A stretch of 64,000 nucleotides of DNA from an uncultured Gemmatimonadales bacterium (GTDB taxonomy: Bacteria > Gemmatimonadota > Gemmatimonadetes > Gemmatimonadales > Gemmatimonadaceae). Where the stretch lies: the NCBI GenBank assembly GCA_963793305.1, contig CAWBZV010000012.1:192001-256000 (forward strand), written 5' to 3'. A model generated the notes under the pieces. It ran no database searches and had not been told where the DNA came from. It was given only the letters and a program-made list of their open reading frames with translations. The translations under genes were made by a program, and so were the position numbers. Within the stretch, counting starts at the first letter, position 1. Each line of letters opens with the position of its first letter. Of the stretch, positions 20,967-30,896 are shown piece after piece.

Positions 20967-22751
20967 TCAAGCGTTGGCGAGTTTCCGCACGGCAGCGGCC
21001 ATCGCCGTCACGCGCGGCGCGTCGGTCGACGTTCCCGCATCCGCGTCGAGCTGCGTCGCGAGTTGCGTGAGGGCGGCGCTTCGCGCCTGCCCCTGGAGCT
21101 TCTCGGCAGCGTCCAACGCGTGCGCGATCGCTGACCGACGGGCCGCTGGCAACCCATCATCTCGAGCGAGTTGGTCGAGATAGGCGCGCGGGACGGCGAA
21201 GGTCGCGGGCCAGACCAGCCGTGGTTGGTCCTGGACGTTGAGCCAGGCGAAACGCACGGATTTCGCGGCGTCGATCTCGTTCTGCGAGATGAAGGCGCTC
21301 GGCTTGAGCTCGAAGAGATCGAGGCCGCGCGTGATCTCGGAGCCGACGATCAAGCCGTTGTACCAATACACCGACCAGTACCCGGCGAGCACGAGCTTCG
21401 TGGTGTCCATCGGGCCACGATCGAAGTACGCGATCTCCTGTGGGTGTGACGGGTCGGTCCAGTCGAAGACCGAGAGACCACCCTGATACCATCCCTGGAC
21501 CATCACGTCGCGCCCAGGAATCGGAATCAATGAGCCATTGTGCGCGACGCAGTTCTCCATCGGCGTCTGCGGCGCTGGCATCTTGTAGTAGCTCTTGAAC
21601 GCCATCTCGCCGGAGCTCGTGAGCGTATAGATCGCGTCCGCGCCCCACTTCATGCTGTCGCCCGGCCGGCAGCGGGGCTGCACACCACCGCCCCACTCGT
21701 CGGAGAAGAGAATCTTCGTGCCGTCGTTGTTGAACGTCACCGAGTGCCACGCGGCGAAGTTCGTGTCGGTCACGGCGTTGATGCGGCGCGGATGCGCAGG
21801 ATCGCGAATGTCGAGCAGGATCCCGTACCCACCACATGCACCACCCGCCAACCCAATGGCCGGATATGCGGTGATGTCGTGGCACTGCGTCGGGCCGGAT
21901 TTCGGCGGCAGCTTGATCTTGTACTTCGCCAAGAGCGCGGCGAACGCGATCGAATCGGGCTTGGACTCGCTATGGTGATCGGCCGCCGCGAGATCCTGGA
22001 ACACGCGCGGAGAGCTGACGATGGCCGCCTGGTCGGGATGCGCGACCGGCACCTTGATGACCTCGAGGCGGAACTGCGCGGTGTTCGGATTGTCCTGCAC
22101 TGCGCCGCCTGTGCAGCCGGGCAACTCGCTCGCCGAGCGCACGGTCGACGAACCCGACACGTAGATATAGACGTTGGTCGAGTCGTTGGGGTCGTTGACG
22201 AGCGTGTTGGTGTGCGAGCCACGACAGGTCTGGACGATCGTGATCGGCTTCGGGTGCGCAATGTCGCTGATGTCGAAGATCCGGATACCGCGAGCGCGCT
22301 CATGGCTGACCGTGTCCTCGACGCCCTGCTCGCCACAGTCCACGCGGCCATTCGTCGCCTCGGCCGAGACAAACAACAAGTTGCCGTAGACGGTCTGGTC
22401 GCTCTGCGAACCCGGGCAGAGGACCGAGGTAGCCAACGTCAGCTTGCGAGGATTGCTGATATCCCAGACTTGATAGCCGCTGTAGTTGCCCTGGAAGACG
22501 TATGATCCCAGGAACGCCAGGTCAGAGTTGACCAGGCGATCGGCGCCGGGGTTGTTCCGGTCGATGAATTGTGCCGAGGGTGGCGTACTGGAGACCATCT
22601 GGAGATTCCAGATCGCCTCCTGGGCATTGAACCAGCCGCCCTTGAGACCAACCCGTGGATCCGGGCTTGGTGCGGCCGCGGTCGATACCTGCTGGTGAGA
22701 GGCGCACCCGACGACCACCAGGGCGAGGGCAACTGGAAAGGCTTTCATCAC
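20967..22751 (-). CDS. LVIVD-repeat lipoprotein, copy 1
   Basis: Lipobox VVVGC; NSDLAF, WDISNP, CRGSHT, QCHDITAYP, WHSVTF, CVAHNG, WYQGGLS. Confidence 0.88.
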   Translation of the reverse strand: MMKAFPVALALVVVGCASHQQVSTAAAPSPDPRVGLKGGWFNAQEAIWNLQMVSSTPPSAQFIDRNNPGADRLVNSDLAFLGSYVFQGNYSGYQVWDISNPRKLTLATSVLCPGSQSDQTVYGNLLFVSAEATNGRVDCGEQGVEDTVSHERARGIRIFDISDIAHPKPITIVQTCRGSHTNTLVNDPNDSTNVYIYVSGSSTVRSASELPGCTGGAVQDNPNTAQFRLEVIKVPVAHPDQAAIVSSPRVFQDLAAADHHSESKPDSIAFAALLAKYKIKLPPKSGPTQCHDITAYPAIGLAGGACGGYGILLDIRDPAHPRRINAVTDTNFAAWHSVTFNNDGTKILFSDEWGGGVQPRCRPGDSMKWGADAIYTLTSSGEMAFKSYYKMPAPQTPMENCVAHNGSLIPIPGRDVMVQGWYQGGLSVFDWTDPSHPQEIAYFDRGPMDTTKLVLAGYWSVYWYNGLIVGSEITRGLDLFELKPSAFISQNEIDAAKSVRFAWLNVQDQPRLVWPATFAVPRAYLDQLARDDGLPAARRSAIAHALDAAEKLQGQARSAALTQLATQLDADAGTSTDAPRVTAMAAAVRKLANA

Positions 22752-23296
22752 GGAGCTCCAAGCATTTTGGCCATGCGGTCGATCTCGGCCGTTTGGTCAG
22801 CGTTCACATCAGAAGCAAACTTGAACACCACCTCGTCCTGCGCCGCCCCTTGGGTATCCATCAACTGCTTGACCATGGTCAGCGCGCCTTCGTGGTGCTG
22901 GATCATGTACACGAGGAACAACTTGTCGAAATCCGGCCCTTTCGCGCGGTCGAGCTCCGCCATTTGGTCCGAGCTGAGCATGCCAGGCATGAGGCCCATG
23001 TCCATGGGCATACTCATATGGCCGGTCGAGTCGGGTACCATTTCATGGCGATCGCCGAGCCAGCGCTGCATGGAGTGGATCTCGTCGCGCTGTGAGACGG
23101 CGATCCGCGCACAGAGGACCCGCACGTTGTCGCTCGCGCCATGGCTCGGTGCCCAGCCCGCCATCGTGATCGCCTGCGCGTGATGGCTGATCATGCCCTG
23201 CATGAACTGCACATCAGCCGCGGTATAGTGGGGCTTCTGCGCTCCCAGCGTGCTCGCCAGAAACAAGCAAACGATTTGCGTACGAGCCACTGTCAT
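22748..23296 (-). CDS. DUF305 (CopM-like, ferritin-fold) protein, copy A
   Basis: DVQFMQGMISHHAQA and FLVYMIQHHEGA; Met-rich loop; stop overlaps LVIVD-1 start. Confidence 0.9.
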   Translation of the reverse strand: MTVARTQIVCLFLASTLGAQKPHYTAADVQFMQGMISHHAQAITMAGWAPSHGASDNVRVLCARIAVSQRDEIHSMQRWLGDRHEMVPDSTGHMSMPMDMGLMPGMLSSDQMAELDRAKGPDFDKLFLVYMIQHHEGALTMVKQLMDTQGAAQDEVVFKFASDVNADQTAEIDRMAKMLGAP

Positions 23297-23349
23297 AGCG
23301 TGGAAGGCAACGTAGCGATGCCCCAGCCCCAACGATAGGTTTGAACTGT

Positions 23350-23376
23350 TGAAACACGGCGCTCGCTCCAGCCGTA
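23350..23376 (+). promoter_or_regulatory. Putative ECF sigma factor promoter
   Basis: TGAAAC-N17-CGTA upstream of the CAGGAG RBS of DUF305-B. Confidence 0.4.
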
Positions 23377-23401
23377 CACCCCCCAGGAGTCTTCGACCGC
23401 C

Positions 23402-24040
23402 ATGATACTATCTGTTTCCCGTCTCGTCGCGGCAACGGTCCTGTTGACCGCGACCGCTCAGGCCCAACAAATGGGCCAAGAGGCCGCCATGGCCAGGGCG
23501 CAACGCGATAGCGCCCGTTTGCCGTGGACCACGGCCAATGTGCAGTTCATGCAGGGTATGATTCACCACCACGCACAAGCGATCGAGATGTGCAAGTGGG
23601 CGCCGACGCACGGCGCGTCGCCGTCGGTCCAGACGCTCTGCGGCCGGATCATCAACGCCCAAGGGGACGAGATCGCGCTCATGTCCCAGTGGCTGCGCGA
23701 CCGGCGCCAGGATGTGCCGGCCCCCACTGCGACCGCCATGAAGATGGTCATGAATGGCAAGGAGATGGACATGCTCATGCCGGGCATGCTCTCCGCGGAT
23801 CAGATGAAGCAGCTCGATGCGGCGCGCGGTCCCGCTTGGGACAAGTTGTTTCTGCAGGACATGATCCAGCACCACAAGGGCGCGGTGTCGATGGTGCACG
23901 ATCTGTTCGAGACCCAAGGCGCCGGTCAGGATGAGATGATATTCAAGTTCGCGTCGGACGTGAACGTTGATCAGACGACTGAGATCACGCGCATGGAAAA
24001 GATGCTCTTCGCTCTCACCATCGAGGGAAATGGTCAGTGA
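23402..24040 (+). CDS. DUF305 (CopM-like) protein, copy B
   Basis: Signal peptide; MQGMIHHHAQA and MIQHHKGA; Met-rich loop. Confidence 0.9.
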   Translation: MILSVSRLVAATVLLTATAQAQQMGQEAAMARAQRDSARLPWTTANVQFMQGMIHHHAQAIEMCKWAPTHGASPSVQTLCGRIINAQGDEIALMSQWLRDRRQDVPAPTATAMKMVMNGKEMDMLMPGMLSADQMKQLDAARGPAWDKLFLQDMIQHHKGAVSMVHDLFETQGAGQDEMIFKFASDVNVDQTTEITRMEKMLFALTIEGNGQ

Positions 24041-26014
24041 CCACTGTTTCGTCCCGACTCATAGTGTGTGCCGTGAGCGCCATCGCTGTCACAGCGTGCG
24101 CGCGCTCCGTGTCGACCAACGCAACCACCAGCGCCAGTCCGAGCAATGCCGCCTCGGCGCCGAACCCTGATCCGCGCGTCGGCCTCAAAGCCGGGCGTTT
24201 CGATGCCGCCGAAGCCACGTGGAACATGCGCGTGCTGTCGGAGACGAAGCCGTCGGCGAAGTTCATGGAGGAAACCAATTCGGACCTCGCGTTCAGCGGA
24301 CCGTACGCGATCCAGGGCAGCTACGCCGGCTACCAGATCTGGGACATCTCCAATCCGAAGACCGTCTCGCTCAAGTCGTTCTTCTACTGCCCTCAATCGC
24401 AGAGCGACGTCTCGGTCTACAAGAATCTCCTGATCACCTCCGGCGAGGACCGCGCGGGCCGACTCGACTGCGGCGCGGGCGGCATCAAGGACACCGTCAG
24501 CAAAGACCGCCTGCTCGGCATCCGGATCTACGACATCACGGACATCGCGAACCCGAAGGCGATCGTCCAGGTGCAAACCTGTCGCGGCTCGCACACGCAT
24601 ACGCTCGTCGTCGATCCAAACGATCACGACAACGTGTACGTGTACATCTCCGGGTCGCAGCCGTCCCGGTCGCCCACCGAGCTCGCCGGGTGCATCTCCG
24701 TCCGACCCGACGACGGATCCTAATTCCGCGCTCTTCCGGATCGAGGTCGTCAAGATCCCGCTCGCGCATCCGGAGCAAGCTGCGGTGGTCAGCAGCGGCC
24801 GCATCTTCGACAACCTGGCGAAAGAGCCGCACCATGGGAAAGCGCCCGACGACGTCAAAGAGCTCGTCGAGGCCAAGGCGAAGGGCCTGTTCATCGTGAA
24901 CTTCGAGGGCGAGGACTACATTGTCCCCGAGCGCTACTCCAGCCATATGCTCGACTCGCTGGTCAAAGCGCGTGGCGGCAGCGGGACTCCCACGAAGGCT
25001 GACAGCGACAGTTTCCGCGGCGTCCTCGACGCGATGGTCAAGCAAATGGGCGGCAAGGACAACGGGCACGCCTACGCGACCAGCCGTCAGTGCCACGACA
25101 TCACGGTCTACCCAGCGATCGGTCTCGCCGGTGGCGCGTGCGAAGGCTACGGCATGCTGCTCGATATCCACGACGTGCAGCACCCCCGGCGCCTCGATGC
25201 GGCCTCGGACTCGAACTTCTCCTACTGGCACTCGGCGACGTTCAACAACGACGGCACCAAGCTGCTCTTCTCCGACGAGTGGGGCGGTGGCGGCGCGCCC
25301 AAGTGCCGCGCGACGGATCCCAAGGACTGGGGCGCCGACGCGATCTATACGATCGACAACGGGAAGCTGCACTTCCAGAGCTACTACAAGCTGCCGGCGC
25401 CGCAGACGAAGAATGAGAACTGCGTCGCGCACAACGGATCGCTCATCCCGATCCCGGGCCGCGATGTCATGGTGCAGGCGTGGTACCAGGGCGGCATCTC
25501 GGTGTTCGACTGGACCGATGCCGCGCATCCAAAGGAAATCGCATTCTTCGATCGCGGACCGGTGGACTCGACGCGCATGGTCTTGAGCGGGCAGTGGTCA
25601 GCCTACTGGTACAACGGCGTGATCGTCGGTTCCGAGATCTCGCGTGGTCTCGATGTGTTGGAGCTCACGCCCAATCCGCTCCTGACGCAAAACGAGATCG
25701 ACGCGGCCAAGACGGTGCATTACGACCAGCTCAACGTCCAGGGGCAGCCGAAGATGGTGTGGCCCCCGTCGTTCGCGCTCGCCCGGGCATATCTCGATCA
25801 GCTCCAGCGCAGCGGAGGCCTGAGCGCCGACCGGCTCGCGGCCGCGCGTTCGGCGTTGGCGACGGCCGAGAAGGCGTCGGGTGCCGCACGGCGTGATGCG
25901 TTGAGCGGACTGGCGACGTCGCTCGATAACGACGCCTCTGGCTCCAGCGATGGGAACAAAGTGAGAAAGCTGCAGAACGCCGTTCGCGACCTCGCCTCGG
26001 CGACCGTCGCGTAG
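24037..26014 (+). CDS. LVIVD-repeat lipoprotein, copy 2 (frameshift near 24701)
   Basis: Lipobox AVTAC; ORFs 24037 and 24785 join colinearly with copy 3 after removing one base. Confidence 0.88.
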
Positions 26015-26042
26015 CGGTTCCACCTCTCGAGGGAAATGCCCA

Positions 26043-28178
26043 GTGACCACTCTGTCGTCCAGATTCATCGCAGGCGCCCTGAGCGTCGTCGCCGTCACGG
26101 CGTGCGCGCGCTCGGTGTCGACCAACGCAACCACCGGCGTCAGTCCCAGCAATGCCGTCTCGGCGCCGAATCCTGATCCGCGCGTCGGCCTCAAGGCCGG
26201 GCGTTTCGATGCCGCCGAAGCCACGTGGAACATGCGCGTGCTCTCCGAGACGAAGCCGTCGCAGAAGTTCATGGAGGAGACCAATTCGGACCTCGCGTTC
26301 AGCGGACCGTACGCGATCCAGGGCAGCTACGCCGGCTACCAGATCTGGGATATCTCCAGTCCGAAGACCGTCTCGCTCAAGTCGTTCTTCTACTGCCCGC
26401 AGTCGCAGAGCGACGTCTCGGTCTACAAAAACCTGCTGATCACGTCGGGCGAGGGCACCGCCGGCCGCCTGGACTGCGCCGCGGGCGGTATCAAGGACAC
26501 CGTCAGCAAAGAGCGGCTGCTCGGCATTCGCATCTACGACATCAGCGACATCGCGAACCCGAAGCCGATCGCCAGCGTCCAGACCTGCCGCGGCTCGCAC
26601 ACGCACACGCTCGTCGTCGACCCGAATGACCACGACAACATCTACGTGTACATCTCCGGCTCGGCCGGCCTCCGGTCGCCCACCGAGCTCGCCGGGTGCG
26701 TGTCCACGAGCCCCACGACGGACCCGAACTCGGCCCTCTACCGCATCGAGGTCATCAAGATCCCGCTCGCGCATCCGGAGCAAGCCGCGGTCGTGAGCAG
26801 CGGCCACATTTTCGACAACCTGGCGAAAGAGCCGCGTCACGGCCAGGCGCCCGACGACATCAAGGCGATCGCCGAGGCGAAGGCCAAGGGTCAGTTTACG
26901 GTGTATATCGACGTCATCGGCGAGGATTTTATCCTCCCGGATCGCTTCTCGAAGCACTTGCTGGACTCGATTGTGACAGCGCGTGGTGGCACTGGCGGGG
27001 CCACGAGGGCTGACAGCGATCAGCTCCGCCGCGACCTGCCCGAGATGGCGCGGAGGATGATCGGCGAGGAGAAGCCGAGTCCCACCGGATACTCCACGAG
27101 CCGGCAGTGCCACGACATCACGGTCTATCCGGCGATCGGTCTCGCCGGTGGCGCGTGCGAAGGCTACGGGATGCTGCTCGACATTCACGACGTGAAAAAT
27201 CCGCGGCGCCTCGATGCGGTCGCGGACTCGAACTTCTCCTACTGGCACTCGGCGACGTTCAACAACGACGGCACCAAGCTGCTCTTCTCCGACGAGTGGG
27301 GTGGCGGTGGCGGGCCCAAGTGCCGCGCGACCGATCCCAAGAACTGGGGCGCCGACGCGATCTACACGATCGACAACGGCAAGCTGCACTTCCAGAGCTA
27401 CTACAAGCTGCCGGCGCCGCAGACCAAGTACGAGAACTGCGTGGCGCACAACGGATCGCTCATCCCGATCCCGGGCAGAGACGTCATGGCGCAGGCGTGG
27501 TACCAGGGCGGCATCTCGGTCTTCGACTGGACCGATGCCACACATCCGAAGGAGATCGCGTTCTTCGACCGCGGCCCGGTGGACTCAACGCGCATGGGCA
27601 ACGGCGGCGAGTGGTCGGCCTACTGGTACAACGGCGTGATCGTCGGCTCCGAGATCTCGCGTGGTCTCGATGTCTTGGAGCTCACGCCCAATCCGCTCCT
27701 GACGCAAAACGAGATCGATGCGGCGAAGACCGTCAAGTGGGCCGAGCTCAATGTTCAGGGTCAGCCGAAGATGGTATGGCCCCCGTCGTTCGCGCTCGCT
27801 CGGGCGTATCTCGATCAGCTCCAGCGCAGCGGTGGCTTAAGCGCCGACCGCCTCGCGGCTGCGCGCTCGGCGCTGGCGACGGCCGAGAAGGCGTCGGGTG
27901 CCGCACGGCGTGATGCGTTGACCGGACTGGCGGCGTCGCTCGATAATGACGCCTCTAGCTCCAGCGATGGGAACAAAGTGAGAAAGCTGCAGAACGCCGT
28001 TCGCGACCTCGCCACCGCGACGGTCGCGATGGCCGGGCCGGGATATTACGTAAGCGGCGAGCCCAATGCGCTCTACGTGATCGACGGCAAGATGGTCTTC
28101 AATGAGTCGCTGCCGCCGAAGCAAGACAGTAACCAGCCCATGTTCTTCATCAATGGGGTCCCGATCGAGAAGCCCTGA
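26043..28178 (+). CDS. LVIVD-repeat lipoprotein, copy 3, with C-terminal extension
   Basis: Tandem paralogue of copy 2 (start offset 2006 nt); same His motifs. Confidence 0.9.
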   Translation: MTTLSSRFIAGALSVVAVTACARSVSTNATTGVSPSNAVSAPNPDPRVGLKAGRFDAAEATWNMRVLSETKPSQKFMEETNSDLAFSGPYAIQGSYAGYQIWDISSPKTVSLKSFFYCPQSQSDVSVYKNLLITSGEGTAGRLDCAAGGIKDTVSKERLLGIRIYDISDIANPKPIASVQTCRGSHTHTLVVDPNDHDNIYVYISGSAGLRSPTELAGCVSTSPTTDPNSALYRIEVIKIPLAHPEQAAVVSSGHIFDNLAKEPRHGQAPDDIKAIAEAKAKGQFTVYIDVIGEDFILPDRFSKHLLDSIVTARGGTGGATRADSDQLRRDLPEMARRMIGEEKPSPTGYSTSRQCHDITVYPAIGLAGGACEGYGMLLDIHDVKNPRRLDAVADSNFSYWHSATFNNDGTKLLFSDEWGGGGGPKCRATDPKNWGADAIYTIDNGKLHFQSYYKLPAPQTKYENCVAHNGSLIPIPGRDVMAQAWYQGGISVFDWTDATHPKEIAFFDRGPVDSTRMGNGGEWSAYWYNGVIVGSEISRGLDVLELTPNPLLTQNEIDAAKTVKWAELNVQGQPKMVWPPSFALARAYLDQLQRSGGLSADRLAAARSALATAEKASGAARRDALTGLAASLDNDASSSSDGNKVRKLQNAVRDLATATVAMAGPGYYVSGEPNALYVIDGKMVFNESLPPKQDSNQPMFFINGVPIEKP

Positions 28179-28186
28179 CGAACATT

Positions 28187-28223
28187 CGTGGTGCGGTACG
28201 GAGATTATTCGTGCCGCACCACG
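28187..28223. terminator. Hairpin between convergent genes
   Basis: CGTGGTGCGGTACG-N9-CGTGCCGCACCACG, 14-bp stem with one wobble. Confidence 0.6.
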
Positions 28224-28226
28224 TCG

Positions 28227-28763
28227 TCACCAGATAGTGACCCGGTCCGCGGTGAACGACTCCACGACGATCCCGCCGCGACTGATGGTCCATTGGCGCG
28301 GATAGTGGTCGCGCCAGTGTGAATAGGCGGTCGTTGCGCCGTCCAGCTCGACCGCTAGGTGCGGCATGCAGGTGACCCGCACCATCCGGCCGCGCCACGT
28401 AAACCTCACGGTAGCTGGGTCATCGCTTGTCAGATCTGGCGCGTCGAGCGCGGCCAGCAGGACATTCTCCGGGGCTTCGGTGAACCAGTCGTCGCTGTCG
28501 TGCGGCGTATGCACGCTGCGATGCGACACGCCGGGTGCAACGATCACGGTCACATCCTGCACTAACCTGGGATGTCGATCATCCCGTGTCTCGGCAAATG
28601 CAAAGGTCGTGAGGTCGTCGCCCGTGGCGTATCCGGCGCCTTCGATCCGGACGCTGTCGATCGATCGCGCGCGCGCCTCGCCGCCCAACGAGTCCAGTGC
28701 AGCGTGTACGCGATCCCGAGGCGAGAGTTGAACGAACGCCAGTGCCAGACAGACGAAAATCAT
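28227..28763 (-). CDS. Hypothetical secreted protein
   Basis: Start MIFVCLALAF overlaps the ArsR stop (ATGA); no recognisable catalytic motif. Confidence 0.6.
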   Translation of the reverse strand: MIFVCLALAFVQLSPRDRVHAALDSLGGEARARSIDSVRIEGAGYATGDDLTTFAFAETRDDRHPRLVQDVTVIVAPGVSHRSVHTPHDSDDWFTEAPENVLLAALDAPDLTSDDPATVRFTWRGRMVRVTCMPHLAVELDGATTAYSHWRDHYPRQWTISRGGIVVESFTADRVTIW

Positions 28764-29443
28764 CGCACCCGAAACCGGGTGCGCAGCGATCGCTCGCCGA
28801 CGACGGAGAATATCACGACCCGGCTGGCTTTCTGCGGCCGCGCCCAGCCGAGGGCGAAGAAGCGGCTGAGCATGGCCCCGCCGAGCGCGCCGGCGAGATG
28901 ATGGCGCCGCACGCTCCAGTCGAGACAGGGGAGACACATCGGCCGCCGGCGGCGCTCCATCGCGCCGAGATCGATGCCGATGGCGCCACAGAACCGCTCG
29001 CCTTCGGATGTGAGCGCCAGCCCATCGTCACTCGAGCGGAGCAACCCCTGCTGGGTGAGGCTGTCAAAGACGAGCACGCCGAGCTCACCCGCGAGGTGAT
29101 CGTAACACACGCGCGCTTTGCGCATCGCCGGATCATTCGGCCCGGAGTCGATGCGCACCGCACCCGTGCGCTCGGCCAAACCGGTCAGATGCTCGATGAC
29201 GGTGCCCACATCGTGATCGGCCAGGCGAAAGTAGCGGTGGCGGCCAATGTTCTCGACGGCAACGAGATGGGCGTCGACGAGCTTGGAGAGGTGCGAGCTG
29301 GCCGTCTGCTTCGTCACGCTCGCCGCGCGCGCGAGCTCGGTCGCCGTGTGCGACCGGCCGGCCATGAGGCACATGAGCATCGTCGCCCGCGCGCGATCTC
29401 CGATGAGCGAGGCGACGGCGGCAATATTCGGGCTGTCGGCCAT
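28760..29443 (-). CDS. ArsR-family winged-helix regulator, long C-terminal type
   Basis: IGDRARATML, TASSHLSKL, GRHRYFRLA, ARVCYDHLAG, CLDWSVRRHHLAG. Confidence 0.92.
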   Translation of the reverse strand: MADSPNIAAVASLIGDRARATMLMCLMAGRSHTATELARAASVTKQTASSHLSKLVDAHLVAVENIGRHRYFRLADHDVGTVIEHLTGLAERTGAVRIDSGPNDPAMRKARVCYDHLAGELGVLVFDSLTQQGLLRSSDDGLALTSEGERFCGAIGIDLGAMERRRRPMCLPCLDWSVRRHHLAGALGGAMLSRFFALGWARPQKASRVVIFSVVGERSLRTRFRVR

Positions 29444-29470
29444 GGTTCCAGCATAATCGAACCATGGCCG
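29437..29470. promoter_or_regulatory. Perfect 12-bp inverted repeat over the ArsR start codon (autoregulatory operator)
   Basis: CGGCCATGGTTC-N10-GAACCATGGCCG; spacer contains a minus-strand TATGCT -10-like box. Confidence 0.7.
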
Positions 29471-29553
29471 CCCGACAAGCGACTATATCTCCTGGCTATG
29501 CGGGCCGAATTCGGCGAGTCCCACGGCCGTCGCGCACGTATCATCGAGGCCCA

Positions 29554-30081
29554 ATGATCCGCGCGCTCATCCTGCCGGGCCTGTACGACTCTGGCCCGGA
29601 GCACTGGCAATCGCTGTGGGAGCACGACGATCCGACGTTCGCGCGCGTCGTGCAGCGCGACTGGGAGACGCCCATCCGACAAGAGTGGGTCGGCGTGCTC
29701 GAAACCGCGGTCGCCGCCGCGGGCGATGACATCGTGCTCATTGCGCACAGCGCGGGCTGCGCGCTCGTCGCATTTTGGGCCGCGGCGACCGCGCTCCGCG
29801 TGCGCGGCGCGCTCCTCGTCGCGCCGGCCGATACGGAAGCGCCGAGCTATCCGCTCGGGCCAACGGGATGGCGGCCCCTGCCCCTCGTCCCCCTGCCGTT
29901 TCCGAGCATCGTCGTCGCCTCGACCAACGATGAGTTCGCGACCCTGGATCGCGCCCGCCTCTTCGCGGATTCGTGGGGCAGCCGCTTTGTCGACCTCGGC
30001 GCGGCCGGGCATATCAACGCCGAGAGCGGCTTGGGCTGTTGGCCTCGCGGTCGCGAACTCTTAGCCGAGCTTCTCCCATGA
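29554..30081 (+). CDS. RBBP9/YdeN-family alpha/beta hydrolase
   Basis: PGLYDSGPEHWQ, AHSAG, VASTND, AGHIN. Confidence 0.92.
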   Translation: MIRALILPGLYDSGPEHWQSLWEHDDPTFARVVQRDWETPIRQEWVGVLETAVAAAGDDIVLIAHSAGCALVAFWAAATALRVRGALLVAPADTEAPSYPLGPTGWRPLPLVPLPFPSIVVASTNDEFATLDRARLFADSWGSRFVDLGAAGHINAESGLGCWPRGRELLAELLP

Positions 30082-30896
30082 ACCGGATAGAAATCTTTCG
30101 CCGCCTGCACCAATCCGGCTGCTTCGTCATCCCCAACCCCTGGGACCCCGGCAGCGCGCGGCTCCTCGCCTCACTCGGCTTCCCCGCGCTCGCGACGACC
30201 AGCTCCGGCATCGCCTGGTCGCTCGGCCGCCAGGACAATCACGTGCCGCTCGACGACGCGATCGCGCACATTCGCGCCATCACGCACGCGGTCGACATCC
30301 CGGTCAACGCGGATTTCGAAGGGGGATTCGCGGCCGACCCTGAGGGCGTCGCGAAAAATGTGACGACCGCTCTCAAGACCGGCATCGCCGGCATCTCGAT
30401 CGAAGACTCGACCGGCGACAGCGCGCGGCCGCTCTTCGACTTCGCGCTCTCCGTCGAGCGCATGCGCGCGGCTCGTCTTGCCGTCAATGCGAGTGGCACC
30501 GGGGTGCTGCTCACCGGGCGCTCCGAGGGCTTCATCGTCGGCCGGCCCGATCTCGCCGAGACGGTGAAGCGGCTGACGGCATATGCCGAGGCGGGGGCCG
30601 ACTGCCTCTACGCGCCGGGCATTCGGACGAAGGCCGAAATCGTGGCGGTCGTTCAGGCAGTGGCGCCGAAGCCCGTGAACGTCCTCGTCGGCAGCGACGT
30701 CGCCACCGTCGCCGAGCTCGCGGCAATCGGTGTGCGTCGCATCAGCGTCGGCGGGGCGCTGGCTCGCGTGGCATGGGCCGGCTTTCTCGATGCGGCCAAG
30801 GAGATGGCCGAGAAAGGCACGTTCTCGCGGCTCTCCTTCGGCATCCCGTTCAATGAGATTGATAGCTCGTTTGCTCCGGCACGATCTGGTAGCTGA
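30078..30896 (+). CDS. Isocitrate lyase/PEP mutase family protein
   Basis: PNPWD, ALATTSSG, VNADFEGG, SIEDS, AGADCLYAPG, RRISVGG. Confidence 0.92.
   Translation: MNRIEIFRRLHQSGCFVIPNPWDPGSARLLASLGFPALATTSSGIAWSLGRQDNHVPLDDAIAHIRAITHAVDIPVNADFEGGFAADPEGVAKNVTTALKTGIAGISIEDSTGDSARPLFDFALSVERMRAARLAVNASGTGVLLTGRSEGFIVGRPDLAETVKRLTAYAEAGADCLYAPGIRTKAEIVAVVQAVAPKPVNVLVGSDVATVAELAAIGVRRISVGGALARVAWAGFLDAAKEMAEKGTFSRLSFGIPFNEIDSSFAPARSGS

Noticed and set aside
24037..28028. Diversity-generating retroelement template/variable repeat pair
   Set aside because: No reverse transcriptase in the window, repeats are whole genes, and differences are not adenine-specific
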